This document shows positions 1 to 4,999 of a stretch of 4,999 bases of DNA, one piece after another. Each line of letters starts with the position of its first letter. Within the stretch, counting starts at the first letter, position 1. Position numbers and translations under genes: made by a program. The stretch lies in the IMG/VR virus record IMGVR_UViG_2695420792_000003; one strand, given 5' to 3'. Below the pieces are notes generated by a model. It saw nothing but the letters and a program-made list of their open reading frames with translations, ran no database searches and was not told the origin of the DNA. The DNA comes from a virus. Taxonomy: Duplodnaviria; Heunggongvirae; Uroviricota; Caudoviricetes.

Positions 1-2
1 AG

Positions 3-155
3 AAAAAGCTTATTATGCTTCCATCGGAAACGATGATCTGGCAGCCTGAGTTCACAGATAAAACACTCTCCAGGAAACCCGGGGCGGTTCAACAGAGCGC
101 GAGCAATCCTCGCCAGAGAAACGGCACATGTAAAATTCCAGCCGTGGCTGGATGA
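3..155 (+). CDS. Possible 3-prime end of an upstream ORF entering the window (unknown product)
   Basis: Frame 3 is open from the window edge to a TGA at 153-155; a terminator-like hairpin follows about 70 nt downstream. No homology recognised; could be non-coding. Confidence 0.2.
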   Translation, partial: KKLIMLPSETMIWQPEFTDKTLSRKPGAVQQSASNPRQRNGTCKIPAVAG

Positions 156-223
156 TAAGTGGAGTCGAGTGTTACCATAATTCCGTCAGAATCTGTTCCA
201 ATAAAGTCACTAGTTAGAAATAC

Positions 224-262
224 TGCCAGCATTCTACGATGACGGAAGTGCTGGCATTTTTT
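224..262 (+). terminator. Candidate rho-independent terminator
   Basis: GC-rich inverted repeat, GCCAGCA at 225-231 pairing with TGCTGGC at 249-255 (extendable to about 10 bp with one G-U pair), loop of about 13 nt, followed by a T-run at 257-262. Confidence 0.45.
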
Positions 263-380
263 GGGTAATATGCGAGTCCATTTCATAAAATACGGGTGCT
301 GTAAACTGGACGATATAATCTAAAATATACCATTACCAGTAGCGTTCAAATCGCTATGTGCCGATACGGATAAAATTATA

Positions 381-409
381 TTGATTGTGCACATACCTTA
401 TTGGATATT
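381..409 (+). promoter_or_regulatory. Candidate sigma70-type promoter for the 439-948 gene
   Basis: TTGATT (381-386), 17-nt spacer, GATATT (404-409) in an AT-rich tract about 30 nt upstream of the start codon. Each hexamer matches consensus only 4 of 6; alternative hexamer pairs exist nearby. Confidence 0.25.
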
Positions 410-438
410 ACTGAGGGGTATTTATATAAGGTGTAACG

Positions 439-948
439 ATGATGTGGAACTTTGACAGTGCCGACTTAAGTGCAATAGCAGCAGGTATTTCTGCGTTTGG
501 CACATTAGCCGCAGCGGGGTCGGCGCTTGCAAGTTGGTACACGTCAAAAAAAGCGCTGCAGCTACAAAATAGAGTTTACCTTTATGAGTCTTTAAAGGCT
601 TGCGCTGAGAGAGCCAATTCATCAGCTAAAGATAAGCGCGGATCTGAATGGAGCGTTAATGATGCAGCGGATATCATCAGGTGCCTAGTACGGGCGATGG
701 AGATCATCAAGCAGGATAGCCAGCAGAAAGAAGGTAATCAGGCATTAATGTTGAAACAGTACTTTGTTAATCTGCTAATAATGGAACTGTACGAGGAAGT
801 TCATAACGGTGATGCGGCTGATTCTGTTTTTAAAAGTACGGAACCTACACAAGTACTTGATAACTTATGGAGCAAATGGCAGGAGGCTATAGCTTTTTTT
901 GATATTTGGAATTACCCAGTTGCGACTGAGGAAGACTTGGCAGACTAA
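439..948 (+). CDS. Hypothetical 169-aa protein with one N-terminal hydrophobic (transmembrane or signal-anchor) segment; unknown function, moron-like accessory gene
   Basis: Intact ATG-to-TAA ORF. SD-like AAGGTG at 428-433, 5 nt upstream of the ATG. Hydrophobic stretch DLSAIAAGISAFGTLAAAGSALASWY, then a charged soluble domain with an acidic C-terminus. Visibly lower GC than the downstream tail genes; upstream terminator and promoter-like elements. No homology recognised from memory. Confidence 0.75.
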   Translation: MMWNFDSADLSAIAAGISAFGTLAAAGSALASWYTSKKALQLQNRVYLYESLKACAERANSSAKDKRGSEWSVNDAADIIRCLVRAMEIIKQDSQQKEGNQALMLKQYFVNLLIMELYEEVHNGDAADSVFKSTEPTQVLDNLWSKWQEAIAFFDIWNYPVATEEDLAD

Positions 949-1044
949 TTTTCAGCACATTTGATTTCCAATAATCAACCAGCCATAATCATGCCATTGG
1001 GGCCTGAACAACTCCGGTGACTTCTGCGCTAAACGGGGACGTTT

Positions 1045-1146
1045 ATGCGCACATACAATCCAACCTCTCTTCTCCATTCACAGATGCAGAAATGCACCTG
1101 CGATATTTTGCATCCAGCGTTTGATCTCTGCGGAGGTGAAGCGTGA
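1045..1146 (+). CDS. Very short ORF (33 codons) whose stop overlaps the start of the NinB-like ORF (GTGA overlap); may be a remnant or leader peptide
   Basis: ATG at 1045 preceded by GGGGA (1035-1039); TGA at 1144-1146 overlaps the GTG at 1143-1145. Too short to judge coding potential; contains an inverted repeat. Confidence 0.15.
   Translation: MRTYNPTSLLHSQMQKCTCDILHPAFDLCGGEA
1084..1113 (+). repeat. Imperfect inverted repeat (ATGCAGAAAT ... ATATTTTGCAT) upstream of the NinB-like start
   Basis: Arms at 1084-1093 and 1103-1113 are near reverse complements, separated by GCACCTGCG. AT-rich stem, so unlikely to be a terminator; possible protein-binding site or RNA structure. Confidence 0.2.
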
Positions 1147-1397
1147 ACCTCCCACAAGATGGTATCAAATTGCATCGCGGTAACTTCACCGCTATCGGTC
1201 GGCAGATCCAGCCTTATCTGGAGGACGGCAAATGCTTTCGCATGGTGCTTAAACCGTGGCGCGAGAGACGCAGTCTTTCCCAGAATGCACTCAGCCACAT
1301 GTGGTACAGCGAAATCAGTGAATACCTCATCAGCAAGGGTAAAACGTTCGCCACTCCAGCTTGGGTATCCGCACCGGCGGGCGCGTGCTGGCGGTAA
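1143..1397 (+). pseudogene. NinB-like N-terminal fragment (lambdoid nin-region recombination protein family), truncated by fusion to J-derived DNA
   Basis: GTG start with GGAGG (1132-1136) 6 nt upstream. Translation contains RERRSLSQNALSHMWYSEISEYL, resembling the lambda/P22 NinB motif RNRSLDQNRKLWACLGDVSRQV at the same distance from the N-terminus. The frame ends at 1397 after reading into J-derived sequence; only about 65 residues look NinB-like. Confidence 0.5.
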
Positions 1398-2329
1398 ACA
1401 GCCAGACCCGGACGCTGACGCTCGACCGTGAAATCACGCTGCCATCTTCCGGCACCACGCTGATAAGCCTGGTTGACGGGCAGGGGAGTCCGGTCAGCGT
1501 GGAGGTTCAGTCCGTCACCGACGGCGTGAAGGTGAAAGTGAGCCGTGTTCCTGACGGCGTTGCTGAATACAGCGTATGGGGGCTGAAGCTGCCGACGTTG
1601 CGCCAGCGCCTGTTCCGCTGCGTGAGTATCCGTGAGAACGACGACGGCACGTATGCCATCACCGCCGTGCAGCATGTACCGGAAAAAGAGGCCATCGTGG
1701 ATATTGAGAACACCCCTGACGGCATGCAGAGTCAGGTGCTGCTGGCGGCGGACAGGATTGCGATGGTTAATCCTGCGAATGGCAACACAAAACCGATGTT
1801 TGTTGGTCAGGGCGATCAGATATTCATGAACGACGTGTTCCTGAAACGCCTGACGGCCCCCACCATTACCAGCGGTGGAAATCCACCGGCATTTTCCCTG
1901 ACACCGGACGGAAAGCTGACCGCTAAAAATGCGGATATCAGTGGCAGTGTGAATGCGAACGCCGGGACGCTCAACAATGTCACGGTAAATGAAAACTGTA
2001 CGATTAAGGGCATGCTGGAGGCGACTCAGGTCAGAGGTGACTTCGTTAAAGCTGTATCCAAATCATTCCCGAAACAGGCTGGTACGTGGGGTAATACGGA
2101 AACACCAAACGGGACGGTTACAGTCACCATCAGCGATGATCATAACTTTGACCGTCAAATCATTATTCCGCCCATTATCTTTAACGGAATAGCGTATAGC
2201 GATCCGGGAAGTGGTAATAACCGATGCTGCAGGCTCAGCACGTGCCGCCAGCACGTCAGCCGGACAGGCCGCGTCGTCGGCTCAGTCAGCGTCTTCCAGC
2301 GCAGGAACGGCATCGACAAAGGCCCGTGA
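1361..2329 (+). pseudogene. J: Fragment of the lambda J-type central tail fibre / host specificity protein, internally deleted and missing both its N-terminal part and its C-terminal receptor-binding end
   Basis: Frame 2 (open from 1343) encodes [95 protein letters not shown] and later [63 protein letters not shown], matching lambda J as I recall it. There is no ATG (the track start is a TTG). The last 36 codons before the stop at 2327-2329 are stf DNA read out of frame. Confidence 0.85.
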
Positions 2330-4999
2330 AGCAGCAAAAAGTGCTGCTGCAGAGTCCTCAAAAAGCGCGGCAGCTACCAGTGCCGGTGCGGCGAAAACGT
2401 CAGAAACGAATGCGGCAGCGTCACAACAATCAGCAGCCACTTCTGCATCCGCCGCGACCACGAAGGCGTCAGAAGCAGCCACCTCAGCCCGGGATGCGGC
2501 GGCCTCAAAAGAGGCAGCGAAATCATCAGAAACGAACGCATCATCAAGCGCCAGTAGTGCCGCTTCCTCGGCAACGGCGGCAGGCAATTCCGCGAAGGCG
2601 GCAAAGACGTCTGAGACAAACGCCAGGTCTTCTGAAACGGCAGCGGGACAGAGCGCCTCGGCTGCGGCAGGCTCAAAAACAGCGGCTGCGTCGTCTGCCA
2701 GTGCCGCGTCAACAAGTGCCGGGCAGGCCTCAGCCAGTGCCACCGCCGCCGGAAAATCGGCAGAAAGCGCCGCATCGTCTGCTTCAACAGCCACAACGAA
2801 GGCTGGCGAAGCCGCTGAACAGGCCAGCGCAGCAGCGAGGTCTGCATCCGCAGCGAAGACATCCGAAACGAACGCGAAAGCCTCGGAAACCAGTGCAGAA
2901 TCCTCAAAAATGGCAGCTGCATCGTCCGCCAGTTCGGCGGCGTCATCGGCATCATCTGCGTCTGCTTCAAAAGATGAGGCGAGCAGACAGGCATCAGCAG
3001 CGAAAGGCAGCGCCACGACAGCATCCACGAAGGCGACAGAGGCAGCTGGCAGTGCGACGGCGGCATCTCAGAGCAAAACTACTGCTGAATCCGCTGCGAC
3101 CCGTGCGGAAGCTGCTGCTGATCGTGCTGAAGAGATTGCCGGTGCAGTTGCGATGGAAGACGCAAGCCTTACAACTAAAGGTGTTGTGAAACTTAGCAGT
3201 GCTGTTGATAGCACCAGTGAATCGCTGGCCGCAACGCCAAAAGCAGTTAAAGCAGCCAATGACAATGCGAATAGCAGGGTGCCATCTAACCGAAAAGTTA
3301 ACGGAAAAGCACTGACTGCGGATATAACATTAACGCCGAAAGATATTGGTACTTTAAATTCAGTAACGATGTCTTTCTCTGGCGGGGCTGGGTGGTTCAA
3401 ACTGGCTACGGTTACCATGCCACAAGCGAGTTCCATCGTTTACATCGCATTGATTGGTGGCGCTGGTTACAACGTCGGTTCCCCACATCAGGCAGGCATT
3501 TCAGAACTGGTTCTACGAGCAGGCAATGGAAACCCCAAAGGAATTACCGGGGCTTTGTGGAAGCGTACAGCCGTCGGATTAACGAATTTCGCCTGGATCA
3601 ACACATCCGGCGATACATATGATATTTACGTTGAGATTGGCAATTATGCGACGAGTGTAAATATCCATTGGGATTGTACTGCAAATGCGTCAGTTTCTGT
3701 TTATACCTCGCCAACATATTCAGCGAGTAAGCCTTCCAGCGTTACCTATGGTGTTGTTTATACGATGTATAGCTCACATCAGAAACCTACACCATCAGAT
3801 ATTGGAGCACTGCCAACAACCGGAGGAACAGTTTCAGGTCCGTTGTCTGTTACAGGTGGATTAACTGGTTCATTGAATGGTAATGCAAGTACAGCCACGA
3901 AATTGCAGACGGCAAGATCTATCGGTGGAGTTGTTTTCGACGGTTCTGCAAATATTAACCTTCCAGGTGTAAACACTACGGGTAATCAGAACACCACTGG
4001 TAATGCTGCAACTGCTACAAAACTCCAGACTGCAAGAAAAATATCCGGTGTTCCATTTGATGGTTCCAAAGATATTACTTTAACCGCCGCGCATGTGGCT
4101 GCTTTTGCCAGAAGGGCAACGGATACATATGCCGATGCGGATGGTGGCGTTCCCTGGAATGCCGAATCAGGCGCTTACAATGTCACCCGCTCTGGCGACA
4201 GCTATATTCTGGTTAACTTCTATACCGGAGTCGGAAGTTGCCGGACCCTGCAGATGAAGGCGCATTACAGAAATGGTGGTCTGTTCTACCGTTCTTCAAG
4301 AGACGGTTATGGTTTTGAGGAAGGCTGGGCAGAAGTTTATACCTCGAAAAATCTTCCACCAGAAAGCTACCCAGTCGGCGCACCAATCCCGTGGCCATCA
4401 GATACCGTTCCGTCTGGTTATGCCCTGATGCAGGGGCAGACTTTTGACAAATCTGCTTACCCGAAACTTGCAGCCGCTTATCCGTCAGGCGTGATCCCTG
4501 ATATGCGTGGCTGGACGATTAAGGGCAAACCTGCCAGTGGTCGGGCCGTATTGTCTCAGGAACAGGACGGCATTAAATCGCACACCCACAGCGCCAGCGC
4601 ATCCAGTACGGATTTGGGGACGAAAACCACATCGTCGTTTGATTACGGAACCAAATCCACGAATAACACCGGGGCGCATACCCATAGTATTAGCGGGACC
4701 GCAAATAGTGCCGGTGCGCACCAACACAAGAGTTCCGGTGCATTTGGTGGCACGAACACGAGCATTTTCCCTAATGGTTATACCGCGATTTCAAATCTAA
4801 GCGCGGGGATTATGAGCACAACAAGCGGTAGTGGCCAGACTCGTAATGCAGGGAAGACATCATCAGATGGTGCTCATACCCACTCGCTGTCCGGCACTGC
4901 TGCAAGCGCAGGCGCACATGCACATACTGTCGGTATTGGTGCTCATACGCACTCCGTTGCGATTGGCTCACATGGACACACCATCACCGTTAACGCTGC
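2193..4999 (+). CDS. stf: Side tail fibre protein, Stf / StfR-like (lambda Stf family with T4 gp37-like C-terminal tip); 5-prime end replaced by the J fragment, 3-prime end runs past the window
   Basis: Frame 3 is open from the TAG at 2190-2192 to the window end. Translation [18 protein letters not shown]...AAKTSETNA...TATKLQTAR...[72 protein letters not shown]...[11 protein letters not shown] matches lambda Stf and E. coli StfR as I recall them. The only start-like codons in frame are a GTG at 2211 without a good SD and an ATG at 2910; the normal Stf N-terminus is absent. By my recall of the lambda Stf C-terminus, about 20 codons remain beyond the window. Confidence 0.9.
2230..3130 (+). repeat. 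Ala/Ser/Thr-rich low-complexity shaft repeat zone of the tail fibre (recurring AAK(T/S)SETNA units)
   Basis: Four copies of the AAK[TS]SETNA unit, at about 2389, 2514, 2599 and 2851, within GCN-rich sequence. The zone is free of stop codons in several frames on both strands. Confidence 0.7.
3885..4082 (+). repeat. Two tandem copies of a roughly 40-residue phage tail fibre repeat
   Basis: [26 protein letters not shown] (about 3885-3962) and [26 protein letters not shown] (about 4005-4082), period 120 nt. Conserved at the protein level but diverged at the DNA level. Confidence 0.7.
4581..4979 (+). other. C-terminal tip region with seven His-x-His motifs (gp37-like putative metal-binding receptor-binding needle)
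   Basis: In frame: SHTHS, AHTHS, AHQHK, AHTHS, AHAHT, AHTHS, SHGHT, between codons at 4581 and 4979. Confidence 0.7.

Noticed and set aside
89-286. 65-aa ORF on the minus strand
   Set aside because: It has no SD-like sequence upstream of its ATG, runs directly through the terminator-like hairpin at 224-262, and has no recognisable similarity. Most likely spurious.
422-622. 66-aa minus-strand ORF overlapping the start of the 169-aa gene
   Set aside because: It is antisense to a well-supported + strand gene with a proper RBS, and has no features of its own.
1021-1045. Small hairpin AAACG-GGGA-CGTTT as a terminator after the 169-aa gene
   Set aside because: The stem is only 5 bp with no following T-run, so it is unlikely to terminate transcription. 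The 169-aa gene may be co-transcribed with the downstream fragments.
1029-1298. 89-aa minus-strand ORF; also the + strand frame-1 ORF at 1159-1431
   Set aside because: Both overlap the NinB-like and J-homologous coding frames, whose translations carry recognisable conserved motifs. These are alternative-frame artefacts.
1214-1829. Minus-strand ORFs 1214-1675 and 1507-1725, and + strand ORF 1632-1829
   Set aside because: All lie inside J-homologous sequence in the wrong frame or strand; open frames like this are expected in GC-rich coding DNA.
1816-2361. Short ORFs 1816-2013 (-), 1989-2192 (+), 2063-2254 (-) and 2155-2361 (-)
   Set aside because: They overlap the J fragment or the J/stf junction in non-homologous frames, with no independent support.
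2230-3130. Possible CRISPR-like or other non-coding tandem repeat array
   Set aside because: The repeats are imperfect, of variable spacing, and sit in frame inside a protein-coding shaft domain; there are no uniform direct repeats with unique spacers.
2224-3189. 321-aa Arg/Gln/Pro-rich ORF in frame 1, and antisense ORFs 2282-3028 and 2374-3066
   Set aside because: They are products of the stop-free GCN-rich repeat DNA. The true coding frame is frame 3, which gives the recognisable Stf Ala/Ser repeats; the low-complexity compositions are what off-frame reading of GCN repeats produces.
3068-3976. ORFs 3068-3436 (-), 3392-3622 (+) and 3779-3976 (-) inside stf
   Set aside because: They are wrong frame or strand relative to the continuous Stf-homologous frame-3 translation.
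4213-4800. ORFs 4213-4398 (-), 4485-4727 (-) and 4507-4800 (+)
   Set aside because: They overlap the conserved Stf C-terminal region (PWPSD...HxH motifs) in non-coding frames.

Overview
This window reads as a decayed lambdoid (lambda/Rac-like) prophage segment, with everything I can support on the + strand. In order: (1) an AT-rich accessory block (1 to about 1000) with a terminator-like hairpin and one self-contained gene for a 169-aa membrane-anchored protein I do not recognise (439-948); (2) a short NinB-like N-terminal gene fragment (1143-1397); (3) a fragment of the lambda J central tail fibre / host-specificity gene (frame 2, about 1343-2329) that carries an apparent in-frame internal deletion and runs out of frame straight into (4) a Stf-type side tail fibre gene (frame 3, open from 2193 to the window end) that lacks its normal N-terminus and has no convincing start codon. 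The stf body has an Ala/Ser-rich shaft repeat zone, a middle domain, two tandem 40-residue fibre repeats and a C-terminal T4 gp37-like tip with seven HxH motifs. The ninB-to-J and J-to-stf joins imply large deletions (the late region; lom plus the stf 5-prime end). The best candidate for something undescribed is the 169-aa ORF, which sits in a moron-like cassette; I cannot assign it a function from sequence. The stf frame is absent from the supplied ORF track, apparently because it has no stop codon inside the window. All homology statements rest on my recall of lambda J, Stf and NinB protein sequences, not on a database search.
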